A DNA stretch of 64,000 bases from Alphaproteobacteria bacterium (GCA_963422645.2 CAXXVO010000006.1:224001-288000), one strand, 5' to 3'; positions 52,980-62,603 are shown, counted from the stretch's first letter. Numbers and translations are program-made. Notes: generated by a model from the sequence alone, not told the origin.

Positions 52980-53641
52980 GTGTCTTCGGCCTCGACGGCC
53001 ATCATGGCGGCGAGCACGGCGAGGCGTTCGCCCGGCGGCAAGGCCTGGTAGCGCCGGCCCCAGTTGGCTGCCTTGCGCTTGATGCGCTGGCGGTCGGTGA
53101 AGTTCCGGCCTGCGTGGCTGGCCCAATGCATCCGGTCGGGGGCGTAGTTGAACCAGACGACCTCGGTTCGCACCAGACCCTGGGTCGTGACCTGCAGCGC
53201 CAGCCGGCGCCATCCCGCCAGCACCTCGTCATAGAGCGCCGACGGATGGCCCGAGATCATGACCTGGCAGGGCAGAGCCTTGAGCAGCGCGAGAAGCGCG
53301 ACGTGGCCGGCCTCCTCGTACTCGAAGCGGTAGCGCTGCGCCGAGCGGCGGGTCGCGTGCAGATAGGGCGGATCGCTGTAAACCAGCTCCGGGCCCAGGA
53401 ACGGGAACGAGGCCAGGAAGTCATGGGCACAGCCGTGAACCAGATCGACCGGGTAGTCGCAGACGAAGGCCTCGAGCGCCTGCGCATCGCGGTCGATGCC
53501 GATCGAACGCACGGCCGGCGGCTTGCGCTTCGTCAGCGCCCCGCCCCCAAGGTGGCTTTCGATGTAGACGGAGTGCGGCGGCATCAGCGCAATCAGCGCT
53601 TGGCACAGACCTGCTGTCGCCTTCGAGCCGAAATACCCCAT
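52976..53641 (-). CDS. Small Dam/D12-class DNA adenine methyltransferase
   Basis: YFGSK (motif X), YIESHLGGGA (motif I), YSDPPY (motif IV), VMISG, RTEVVWFNY. Confidence 0.8.
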   Translation of the reverse strand: MGYFGSKATAGLCQALIALMPPHSVYIESHLGGGALTKRKPPAVRSIGIDRDAQALEAFVCDYPVDLVHGCAHDFLASFPFLGPELVYSDPPYLHATRRSAQRYRFEYEEAGHVALLALLKALPCQVMISGHPSALYDEVLAGWRRLALQVTTQGLVRTEVVWFNYAPDRMHWASHAGRNFTDRQRIKRKAANWGRRYQALPPGERLAVLAAMMAVEAEDT

Positions 53642-54023
53642 GGACCGCTCCCGTCACGCGAGAGAGCAGTCCATAGTCCCGCAACTCTATGAGGTCAAGA
53701 ACCAATCGCGGTGGCAGAACCAGGCCGCGGCCGCCGCCATAATCACCGTCCTCAACTCAGGATTGGGGTACCTGGGTAGTTACGTTCCTGTGTGCACTCC
53801 CTAAGGCTGCGGATTGCGGCCGCTTCTCGATTTGCTACAGTGATCCTCTGGATGCACAAGGAGGGAAGGCCGCTGCGGATTGCGGCCGCTTCTCGATTTG
53901 CTACAGTAACGACATGCACGCCTGCCTGATGAAACAGGCTGCGGATTGCGGCCGCTTCTCGATTTTCTACAGTTTCCCGAGACGTAAGGCATTGAACGGA
54001 CGTCGTTTTCGTCCGCCCACTGG

Positions 54024-54359
54024 TCAGAAAAACTCCAGTTGTGCGGGCGGATTCGGCGGTGCCTTGCGGGTTTTTCCGACATAGGTCTCGATCCGGCCGA
54101 ACTGTTTGTCGGTGATCGTCAGGAATCGAACCTCTCCCGCGGACGGAACGCGGCGCCCCATTCTGGCCGCGTGAACCTTGGCGTTCTCGATCGATGCACA
54201 GTGCCGAATGTAGACCGAGTACTGCATCATCGTGAAGCCGTCGTTGAGCAGATCCTTGCGAAACCTCGCATAGGCCCTGCGCGCCTTCGGCGTGTCGGTG
54301 GGCAGGTCAAACATCGCGATTACCCACATCGTGCGCCAGCCCCACGGAATTGTTTTCAC
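54024..54359 (-). CDS. cas2: CRISPR-associated endonuclease Cas2
   Basis: MWVIAMFDLP, FRKDLLNDGFTMMQYSVY, ITDKQF. Confidence 0.93.
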   Translation of the reverse strand: MKTIPWGWRTMWVIAMFDLPTDTPKARRAYARFRKDLLNDGFTMMQYSVYIRHCASIENAKVHAARMGRRVPSAGEVRFLTITDKQFGRIETYVGKTRKAPPNPPAQLEFF

Positions 54360-54374
54360 CCCCCGCGGCAGGCA

Positions 54375-55311
54375 TCAACCGATCTCGGCGGCATCGACCA
54401 GATCGGGCTCCACCGGGAGTCCTTCCGGAAGAGCCAGATTCCGATCACCGCCAGTGAGCGTTCGGCACAGGGAGACCGCACTGGTATGGAGAGCTAACAG
54501 CAGAGGTTCCCGGCGCCCGCCCACATGGACGGTTTCGTTGAGCAGGGAAAGAAGTACGGCGCGGGTCTCGCGGTCTGCCAGATCGGGCGCAGACTCTCCG
54601 TCCTCCCCGGCCATTTGGCGGACCCGCCAGTCGACGTAAGGGCGGTACGGCTCCAGCAGATCGTCCGCCAGACAGAACGGATTGCCGCGGTGCCGATGAT
54701 GCACACCGAGAGAGGGAATCAGTCCGGCCGCCACCACGCCGCGGGCAACGGCGGCCCGAACGACCGCGTAGCCGTAGTTCAGGAGCGCCGTTCACGCCCT
54801 CGGCCTCGCGGTCGCGGCGGAATGTCTTGCCGAACAGGCGCGGCCAGTATCTCTGCGCGGCCTGGGCTTCAAGATTGTCCGGATCGCCCGAGCGAACCCG
54901 GCGAGCCATCGGAACGAGCCCTCCGTGACTTCCGGTGAAATGGGACAGCACGGTGGCCTGCTGAACGATCTTGGCCCGCACGATCGCCTGCCAGGCGCGT
55001 TTGCGAACCGGCGCGCTGGTCTCGACCTGCGCCCGGTGACGTTCGGTCTGGACGTGATGCGCGTCGAGCGGAAGCATCATTCCGGCGGGCAGATGATCGC
55101 GGCCGGTGACCAACACGGTGGCGCCGGCTTCCAGAAGCGACAGAAAGACGGACTGCGTGTAGGTTGCCCGAGTGTCGTCCACGATGACCACGCCGAGATC
55201 CTCGATCGGGAAGGTCGCTTTCGGCAGGTCGGGTCGCTCGACCACGAGCTGGCGATGCGCGACGGAGAGCCGTGTGCCGGGCGTCGAAAACTCGATGGTC
55301 TTGCGGATCAT
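54375..55311 (-). pseudogene. cas1: Type II Cas1 with a +1 frameshift near 54790
   Basis: SGDPDNLEAQAAQRYW...GVN, extra G, then ALLNYGYAVVR, LGVHH, LADDLLEPYRP in another frame. Confidence 0.9.
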
Positions 55312-55323
55312 CGCCGGACAAGC

Positions 55324-58000
55324 TCAGTCATTTGCCGGACGAACGCGACCGATCGGATCGACCGAGACCTTCCTGCCGCCGCTCGAGACGATCGTCTTGG
55401 CGCCGGGGCGAAACGCCGTCGCGCCCTCAGCATCGTCATGGTCGACCATGACGACCTGGCCTGCCGACCATACGCTCTCGACAATCTTCAGCCTGGTTTT
55501 TCCGTTCCTGGTGAGTTGCAATGAGTCGCCGGGAGACAGCGACATCACGAACTGCGCACCGTCGCCGCGCTCCCGCCTGACGACGGGTTCGTGCCGTGCC
55601 TTGCGCCGCGAGGCTTCCAGCAGGCTCACCACGTCGTAATCGACGGTTCCATCGGCCAGCCGGTAGATCACGATGTGATGATTGTTGCCCAGATCGGCAT
55701 AGCCCGTGGAGGCTTTCGTCATCAGTTCGATCTGCTGCTTCACGCGCAGACGGACCTTGCGGATTTCGGGGCCTTTCCTGCCCCGTTTGGGATAGCCATG
55801 TACGAACGCCGCGCCTGGATCGCCACCGTGCTTGTCGACCCAGCTCTGGACGATGTCGCGCACGCCGTCATCGACGATGTCGATGATTCTCGTCCCGTTG
55901 AAGCGTTCGAACTCCGAGTTCTTCAGTTCTTCTACGGCCTTTCGGCGGACGAAATAGCGGTATGTCTTTCCGCGCCTGCCCGCGATTTTCTCGCCGGTAT
56001 CGCCGTAGATCGTCTCCTTGTGGAGCTGTCCGGAGACCTTCCTGCGGACGCGATGGGACACGACGATGGCAGCGACCGCCCTTGCGGCGTCGCTTCGAAT
56101 TGTTTCCCAGGGCGGGTTAAGTTGCAGCTGCGGCGCGCGGGGATCGTCCTCTTCCTGCCAATATCGCGAGAGTTTCTGCGTCATCCCCGGATGGCAGCAC
56201 GCGACTGTCAGCGCATCGATCGCGTGATGGCGATGATCGGCGCGGGTCTTTTCGCCGTCATCGGCCAGAATGTTGTTCAGGCGCCACAACCGGCGGAGAT
56301 GTCCCGTGATTCGTCCGGATACGGCGAAGACCTTCACGGACGCTTCCGGTCCCTGGTCCGGCCACAGCTTCTTGAGGTAGGCGACCGCCTCGCGCGCGGC
56401 GAAACCGGTGTCGTTCAGTTGCCGGGAGGCAAAATCCTCCGGGATGGAGGGCGCAAGGAATCGCCTGATCTTGCCGGGAGACATGCCCGTTCCACCCTTG
56501 GGGCGCTTCATGCCGGCAAGCCGATTGGCGAAGGCATCCCACTCTTCCTCGTTGTTTCGGAAGAACTCGTACGGGGTTTGGTTGCCCTTTCGGAGGTTCA
56601 CGTCCTTGCGGCAGAGGGTCTTGTTTCTGAAGCTGTTGTCGAGCGAGCGAGATCTCGGCCAGATATGCTCCACCTCGAATGCCCCAGTGCGGAACAAAGC
56701 ATCGAACGAAATCGAGTCTCCGGTGTACGGACAGCGGTGGCCGCATTCCTCCCAGAGCATCCATTTTTCGATATCCGCGCGGGCCGGTTCCGCGATCCCG
56801 TTCTGCTGGAGCGCTTCGCGCGCCGCCTTCCGGCGCTGTTCCTGGCGGCGAATGCCGGACGCCTTTTCTTCTCGCTGGCGCTTGGAGTTGCCGACGTCGC
56901 GCGCGACCTCGACGCGAATCATGTCCGGCTTTCCGTACAGGTCGATCAGGTTGTTGACCACCTTGCGCAGCTCGTTGCGTGTGCGGGCGACCGTCGGGTT
57001 GCGCAGGCTGGCAACACGTTCTCTTTCCTCGCGTTCGGCTGGACTTGGAAGGCGATCGAACACTTCGCCGGTCGGCTGATCGCGACCGGGAAATGTCTCG
57101 GCTCGCCACCCCTCCCAATCGGGACCGTTGACCAGTTCGCCGAACCTGACCCCGTCCTCGAGATGCGGCAGCATCGCCTGTAGCGCCTCGACGGAATAAG
57201 GCTCCCAGCCGGACGGCAGTTTCAACGTCTCGATCTTGGTCGCCTGAGCGTCCGACAGGCCGAACTCCGCGACAAATTTCTGCACGAGCGCCGCCCTGCG
57301 CGCGGTGCGCTCGGCCTTGGGAAGAATGACCACGCGCTGATCGCGCACCTGTTCGTAGTCGGCCTGCCAGGTCCGGTAGGGAAGCGAATCCCGGATTTCC
57401 TGCTTGTGCGGATGCTCCTGCCAGTCGCTGCCGAAGATATCCGCGAGCTTCGCCTCGACCGGATTGCCGAGCAGTTTCTTCTCTCCGCCTTCCTCCAGGT
57501 TGAACTTGAGCGCTCTCTCCTCGCCGGGCTCGCCGCGAGCCCGGTATAGCGGTGCGAGCGCCCGGCGAACGCCCGGCCACGTCATCGACGCCTGCATTTG
57601 CAGTCTGGAGAGGATCGCCTGGCGCTCTTCGGGGTTGAGAAGACGCTGATTGCCGCCGGCAAGCGCAAGGTTGTTCAGCTTTTCGAGCATGCGCCGCTGC
57701 TGCGAGAGCCAGGAACCCTTCGGACAGAGAGGCGCGTCAGGGACGAACCGGCACTTGCCAAGCGTGTTCAGCCGCCAGAAGACGGGCCGCTGGCCGAAGA
57801 TCGCGTCCCGCACGGAGGAACGGAATGGCTCCGGAACGAGCGGCATCCACACCGTATCGAACTCGTCCTCGACGGTGTCGCGCGTGGCATGCTCGCCTCG
57901 CTTGCGCTCATGTGGTCCACGCGCGGCGAGCCAGGCGCCGAGCGTCTTGCCCTCGCGCTTCAGTGCCTGAACGGTTTGCTCCCGCGCCGACGTCGCTTGA
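55324..58000 (-). pseudogene. cas9: Type II-C Cas9 lacking roughly the first 150 aa (RuvC-I and bridge helix)
   Basis: RNPTV, IRVEVARD, CPYTG, EVEHIWPRS, QLNDT, HHAIDA, LHKET, VDPIG; no DxG..SIG motif or Arg-rich helix upstream; closely resembles Parvibaculum-type Cas9 as recalled. Confidence 0.9.
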
Positions 58001-58267
58001 GCTTGACGCGCGCGACGCGCTTCCCGGGATTTGGCATGCGGGCATGATGGCATGGCTTGGGATCGCAATCAACACCAACCACAACACATGAGAGTAACTT
58101 CAGGGGTGTTCCTGACCTCTCCTGGCCTTTCAGGATCGTCGGATATCGGCCAAAACCCAATGTTACAGCGGTATCCGAGTACTCCTAAGCAAGTACGAGC
58201 ATCAGCAGGAACAAGACGTAACTGTTGTTTCTCACCAGGGTCATGGGCCCTGAGCCGGGACATGACC

Positions 58268-58302
58268 TTGACATTCCGCGATACAACCATAAAACTAGTT
58301 AT
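58268..58302 (+). promoter_or_regulatory. Putative sigma70 promoter/operator of the arsR-like gene
   Basis: TTGACA at 58268; AT-rich -10 region (TAAAACT); imperfect IR ATACAAC...GTTATAT reaching the ATG. Confidence 0.5.
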
Positions 58303-58686
58303 ATGAAATCCACACACGCCCACTATTCCTTTCCGGACCGCGCCGTCGTCCTCGAGGAAGCGGCGCAGGGGTTCGCCGCATGCGGCTCTGAGCCCAGGCT
58401 CACGGTGCTGCGCCTGCTCGTCCGCGCGGGAGACGAGGGGCTCACCGTCGGCGAGATCCAGGAGCGCACCGCCATCCCGGCGTCCACCCTGGCCCATCAC
58501 CTGGGGATTCTCGCCGCCGGCGGACTGGTGGAGCAGGAACGCCGCGGCCGCACGGTGATCAACCGGGCCGCCTATGGGCGCCTCGAAGCCCTCGCCGGCT
58601 TCCTGCTGGAGGCGTGCTGTGCCGATGCCAGGCCCTCGCCTCAGGCCCGTGCCGCGCGTGCGGCGCTCAGGAGTCCGTCGCCATGA
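58303..58686 (+). CDS. ArsR/SmtB family regulator
   Basis: RLTVLRLLV, ASTLAHHL, GLVEQERRGR, C-terminal CC. Confidence 0.88.
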   Translation: MKSTHAHYSFPDRAVVLEEAAQGFAACGSEPRLTVLRLLVRAGDEGLTVGEIQERTAIPASTLAHHLGILAAGGLVEQERRGRTVINRAAYGRLEALAGFLLEACCADARPSPQARAARAALRSPSP

Positions 58687-59720
58687 CAGCGCTCGTTCTT
58701 CGCGGCGTCCACGGCCTGCGCGCGAAGATACAGGGCGTCCGGTCCGTCTGGGCCCTGATCCTCGCCATCCCGCTTGGAGTGGCCCTGCTCGACACGCCGA
58801 ACCTCTCGGACATCCTTCGCACCGCTGCCGAGGCGTTCGCCGGAACCCTGCCCTACATCGCCGGCGCGGTCGTGCTCATCGCATCGCTCAAGGCGACCGG
58901 GGCCACGGTGCTGGTCTCCCGCGCCTTCGCGGGCCGCGAGACGCGGATGATCGTGCTGGCCGCACTCCTCGGCGGCCTCGCCCCCTTCTGCTCGTGCGAG
59001 GTCATTCCGCTCATCGCGGGCCTGCTTGCGGTCGGCGTCCCGCTCTCGGCGATCATGGCGTTCTGGCTCTCCTCGCCGCTCATCGACCCCTCCACCCTGC
59101 TCATTACCGCTGCCGCGCTCGGCTGGGATTTCGCGGTGGGCAAGGCGGTCGCCGCCGTTGCGCTCGGCCTGTTCGGCGGCTTCGGGATTCGCTTTCTGGT
59201 CTGGCGCGGCGCCTTCGCTGAACCGCTCCGCCAGGGCGCAGGCGGTTGCTGCGGCGGCGCCAGCGGGTTCGAGGATGGCGCGCCGGTGTGGCGCTTCTGG
59301 CGCGAGCCGGCGCGGGTAGCCGCATTTCGTGCCGAGGCCATCGCCAACGGGCGCTTCCTCGTCAAGTGGCTTGCGCTGGCCTATCTGATCGAAGCCCTGC
59401 TGGTCGCCTATGTGCCGGCCGACCTGATTGCGGGTGTGGTCGGCGGGGACGGGATGGCGCCGATCGCGCTGGGCGCGCTCGTGGGCGCGCCGGCCTACAT
59501 CAACGGCTACGCCGCGCCTGCGCTCGTCGCCGGCCTCATGGAGCAGGGCATGGGCGCAGGCGCAGCGATGTCGTTCATGGTCGCGGGCGCGGTGAGCTCC
59601 ATACCGGCCATGGTCGCGGTCTGGTCGCTCGTGCGCCGGCAGGTGTTCGCGGCTTACGTCTGCTTCGGCGTCGCCGGTGCAATCCTGAGCGGCGTGCTCT
59701 TCGCGGCCCTGGTCGCGTGA
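58683..59720 (+). CDS. ArsP/DUF318-type permease
   Basis: PFCSCEVIP, FWLSSPLIDP; ATGA overlap with the arsR-like gene. Confidence 0.82.
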   Translation: MTALVLRGVHGLRAKIQGVRSVWALILAIPLGVALLDTPNLSDILRTAAEAFAGTLPYIAGAVVLIASLKATGATVLVSRAFAGRETRMIVLAALLGGLAPFCSCEVIPLIAGLLAVGVPLSAIMAFWLSSPLIDPSTLLITAAALGWDFAVGKAVAAVALGLFGGFGIRFLVWRGAFAEPLRQGAGGCCGGASGFEDGAPVWRFWREPARVAAFRAEAIANGRFLVKWLALAYLIEALLVAYVPADLIAGVVGGDGMAPIALGALVGAPAYINGYAAPALVAGLMEQGMGAGAAMSFMVAGAVSSIPAMVAVWSLVRRQVFAAYVCFGVAGAILSGVLFAALVA

Positions 59721-59739
59721 CCCTGGTGAGCGGTCCGGC

Positions 59740-60519
59740 TTAGAGCTTGGCCATGATCCCGCCGTCGACCACGAGGTCGATGCCGGTGATGAAGGAGGCC
59801 TTGTCCGAGAGCAGGAAGAGGCACGCGTGGGCGATGTCCTCGGGCATTCCGAGGCGGCCGAGCGGCGTGCGCGCGATCATGGCGTCGGCGCTGCTGGGGT
59901 CGGCCTCGTAGGCGGGCGCCGTCATCGGAGTCAGCACCGCGCCGGGGCAGATGGAGTTGGAGCGAATGCCGTCGGGCCCGAGCTGCATGGAAAGCGAGCG
60001 CGAGAGCGCGGAGAGGCCGGCCTTCGACGCCTGGTAGGCGTCGATGGGACCGTTCACCAGGATGTTCTCCATGTTGCGCAGGCCCACCACGCTCGCGATG
60101 TGGACCATCGACCCGCCCGCGCCGGTGCGCCGGAGCAAGGGCACGGCATGGCGCGCCATCAGCGCGGACGCGGTGAGGTTGATCTCCATCACCCGGTGCC
60201 AGATCGCCATCTCCATCTCGGCGATGGAGCCGTCCCGGTCGTACCAGCCGACGCCCGCCGCATTGACCAGGTAGTCGAGCCGCCCGGACGCATCGAAGGC
60301 CTCCGCCACGGTGCGCTCGACCAGCGCCTCGTCGGTGGCATCGCCCTGAACGTAGCGGCCGGGGGCGCCCTCGCCCGCCGCGAAATCGGGCGGTTCGGGC
60401 TTGAGGTCGATCGCGCTGACCGCGCAGCCCTCGGCGCGGAGTGCGCGGGCGATGGCGAGGCCCATGCCGCCGCCTGCGCCGGTCATCACGCAGGCCTTGC
60501 CGTCGAATCCGTCGCTCAT
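59740..60519 (-). CDS. SDR oxidoreductase
   Basis: TGAGGGMG, NAAG, YQASK, GIRSNSICPG. Confidence 0.9.
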   Translation of the reverse strand: MSDGFDGKACVMTGAGGGMGLAIARALRAEGCAVSAIDLKPEPPDFAAGEGAPGRYVQGDATDEALVERTVAEAFDASGRLDYLVNAAGVGWYDRDGSIAEMEMAIWHRVMEINLTASALMARHAVPLLRRTGAGGSMVHIASVVGLRNMENILVNGPIDAYQASKAGLSALSRSLSMQLGPDGIRSNSICPGAVLTPMTAPAYEADPSSADAMIARTPLGRLGMPEDIAHACLFLLSDKASFITGIDLVVDGGIMAKL

Positions 60520-60535
60520 GGCGCTCTTCCTTCTC

Positions 60536-61471
60536 TCAGCGGGCGCAGGCGGCCCGCAACGCCGCCGCCGAATCGGCCAGGCCCGCCTCGGCGCTCTCGA
60601 TCAGCCCGGTGATCGAGACGAAGCCATGGATCATGCCCTCGTGGCAGCGATACGCAGCGGGGACGCCGGCCGCCTCCAGGCGCTTCGCGTAAGCCTCGCC
60701 CTCGTCCCGCAGCGGATCGAAGCCGGCGCTGAGCACGAAGGCCGGCGGCAGGTTGGAGAGGTCGGGCGCCAGCAGCGGCGAGGCGAGCGGGTCGGCCGCG
60801 TCGCCCCCCGGCCCCAGGTAGCTGGCCACGTAGAAGGGCATCGAATTGAGCAGGTAGCCCGAGGAATAGAGGCGCTTGGACTCGGTCTCGCCGGCGAGGT
60901 CGGTGGCCGGGTAGATCAGGAGCTGGAAGCAGATCGCGGGACCGCCGCGCTCGCGCGCCTTGAGCGTCACGCCGCAGGCGATGTTGCCGCCGGCGCTGTC
61001 CCCGCCGATGGCCATGCGCTCCGGATCGGCGCCGAGCTGTGCCGCGTTCTCCGCCACCCAGCGGGTTGCGGCGTCGCAGTCCTCGAGTGCAGCGGGGAAG
61101 GGGTGCTCGGGTGCCAGGCGGTAGTCCACGGAGGCGACCAGGCAGCCCCCGTGATGGCAGAGGTAGCGGCAGACGTCGTCGTGGGTGTCGAGGTCGCCGC
61201 GAATCCAGCCGCCGCCGTGATAGTAGACGAGGATCGGCAGCGGGCCTGCGACCGCCCCATCCGGCTCGTAGAGGCGGACCGCGAGCGGGCCGGCGGGCCC
61301 CGGCGCCTCGTGCGCGCTCACCGACTTCACCGGCAGAGGCCGGCCGGCAACGGCGGCCATCTCCTCCTTCCACGTCGCGCGCGCGTCTTCCGGCGTCATC
61401 TCCTCGACCGGCGTCTCGGCGCTCGGGTCGAGCGAGGCAAGGATCTCCGCCAGCGCGGGGTCGAGCTTCAT
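60536..61471 (-). CDS. Alpha/beta hydrolase (HSL-family esterase)
   Basis: HGGGW, DYRLAPEH, GDSAGG, DPLRDE, HGF. Confidence 0.92.
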   Translation of the reverse strand: MKLDPALAEILASLDPSAETPVEEMTPEDARATWKEEMAAVAGRPLPVKSVSAHEAPGPAGPLAVRLYEPDGAVAGPLPILVYYHGGGWIRGDLDTHDDVCRYLCHHGGCLVASVDYRLAPEHPFPAALEDCDAATRWVAENAAQLGADPERMAIGGDSAGGNIACGVTLKARERGGPAICFQLLIYPATDLAGETESKRLYSSGYLLNSMPFYVASYLGPGGDAADPLASPLLAPDLSNLPPAFVLSAGFDPLRDEGEAYAKRLEAAGVPAAYRCHEGMIHGFVSITGLIESAEAGLADSAAALRAACAR

Positions 61472-61496
61472 GGTCGTTTCGCCGGGGTGGTGCGGG

Positions 61497-62603
61497 TCAG
61501 GCGCCGGCGGCGGCGCGCAGGGCTTCGCCGCCCTCGAAATAGGGCGCCACCTCGTCGGCGAAGCGGCCGAGCCAGGTCTGGCGGTGGCGGCGCGGCACGC
61601 CGGGCGTCGCGGTCAGGATGAGGAAGCTGTTGAAGCCCGCCTCCACGTACGCCTCGACGCGGCGGCGCACGGTCTCCGGCGAGCCCACGAACTGCCCGTC
61701 GGCCCAGGGCGGGATGTTGGCAGGGTCGGTGCGCGCCTTCATCTTGGCGAAGATCTTGGCCCAGGCGGTGTAGGTGGAGAGCGTCTCGAAATGGCCGTCG
61801 TCGGCCTCGTAATGGTCGATCTGCGCCTGCTGGAAGCGCGGGATGTAGCGCTTGGCGAGGTTGTAGGCCTCCTCGTCCTTATCCGCGATGATGCAGTTCA
61901 CCATCATCGGGTAGCGGCAGGCGCCGACGTCGATGCCGCGCGCCTGCGCCGCTTCCTTCCAGCCGTCGAGCGCCTCGCGCTGCAGTGGCAGGTTGCTGAA
62001 GGCGGTCATGATCGGCGGGAGCCCGAGCGAGGCCATCACCGCGCCCGAATCAGGGCTGCCACCGACGGCACCGTAGAAGTTGATCTTGCCCGTGTCCGAG
62101 CGCGGGCGCAGCTCCACGCGCGTGGAGACGGTCAGGTGCTCGCCCTCGTAGCGGAAGCGCCCGCCGGCGAGCGCGGTGCTGACGATCTCCCAGACCTCGC
62201 GGAAGCGCTGCCGGCTCTCCGCCATCGGCACGCCGAAGGCGTCGTACTCGTACTTCGCCGTGCCCCGCCCGAGCCCCATGTGGAGCGGCTGGTCGGTGAG
62301 CAAGTTGAGCTGGGCGATCTCCTCGGCGAGCCGCAGCGGCTCGTACCAGGGCGTGACCAGCACGCAGGTGCCGAGCGCGAAGTCGGGGAAGCGCGCGGCG
62401 ATGTGGGAGAGGAAGGCCAGGGGATTGGGCGTGGGATAGTAGTCGGAGAAGTGATGCTCGATCATCCAGGCCGCCCGGTAGCCGGCCCGGTGGGCGAAAT
62501 CGCAGTCCGCCAGAATCTCCTTGTAGAGCGCCGCGTCGGAGAGCCCGTCCTCGCCCACCGGCGCCGCGACGAAGGCGAAATCGATGCCGCTCACCCTGCC
62601 CAT
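61497..62603 (-). CDS. Luciferase-like (LLM) flavin-dependent monooxygenase
   Basis: WMIEHHF, PLRLAEEIA, GLGRG, VGSPETV. Confidence 0.88.
   Translation of the reverse strand: MGRVSGIDFAFVAAPVGEDGLSDAALYKEILADCDFAHRAGYRAAWMIEHHFSDYYPTPNPLAFLSHIAARFPDFALGTCVLVTPWYEPLRLAEEIAQLNLLTDQPLHMGLGRGTAKYEYDAFGVPMAESRQRFREVWEIVSTALAGGRFRYEGEHLTVSTRVELRPRSDTGKINFYGAVGGSPDSGAVMASLGLPPIMTAFSNLPLQREALDGWKEAAQARGIDVGACRYPMMVNCIIADKDEEAYNLAKRYIPRFQQAQIDHYEADDGHFETLSTYTAWAKIFAKMKARTDPANIPPWADGQFVGSPETVRRRVEAYVEAGFNSFLILTATPGVPRRHRQTWLGRFADEVAPYFEGGEALRAAAGA

Larger units (their letters stand above)
51276..53783 (-). mobile_element. Complete IS66-family element with a passenger methyltransferase, inside a spacer
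   Basis: 19-bp IR GTAACT(G/A)CCCAGGTACCCC; 8-bp TSD GTTCCTGT at 51268-51275 and 53784-53791. Confidence 0.93.
50385..53973 (+). CRISPR. Type II-C CRISPR array: 14 repeats of GCTGCGGATTGCGGCCGCTTCTCGATTTGCTACAGT (36 bp) and 13 spacers of 29-30 bp, interrupted twice
   Basis: Intact repeats start at 50632, 50697, 50763, 50829, 50895, 50961, 51027, 51093, 51159, 51225, 53806, 53872 and 53938 (1 mismatch); the first repeat, 50385-50601, is split by a MITE. Confidence 0.97.

Noticed and set aside
51441-53213. 590-aa version of the IS66 transposase
   Set aside because: The extension overlaps the methyltransferase out of frame; the GTG at 52979 coupled to the MTase stop is the better start.
50602-53937. 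Self-targeting spacers within the window
   Set aside because: No match found by eye; a real alignment is needed to exclude it.
58000-58260. Possible tracrRNA or IS end upstream of cas9; TTCCTGACCTC matches part of the ISNCY IR
   Set aside because: No complementarity to the repeat; the IR match lacks the terminal CAGAC and has no partner or TSD.
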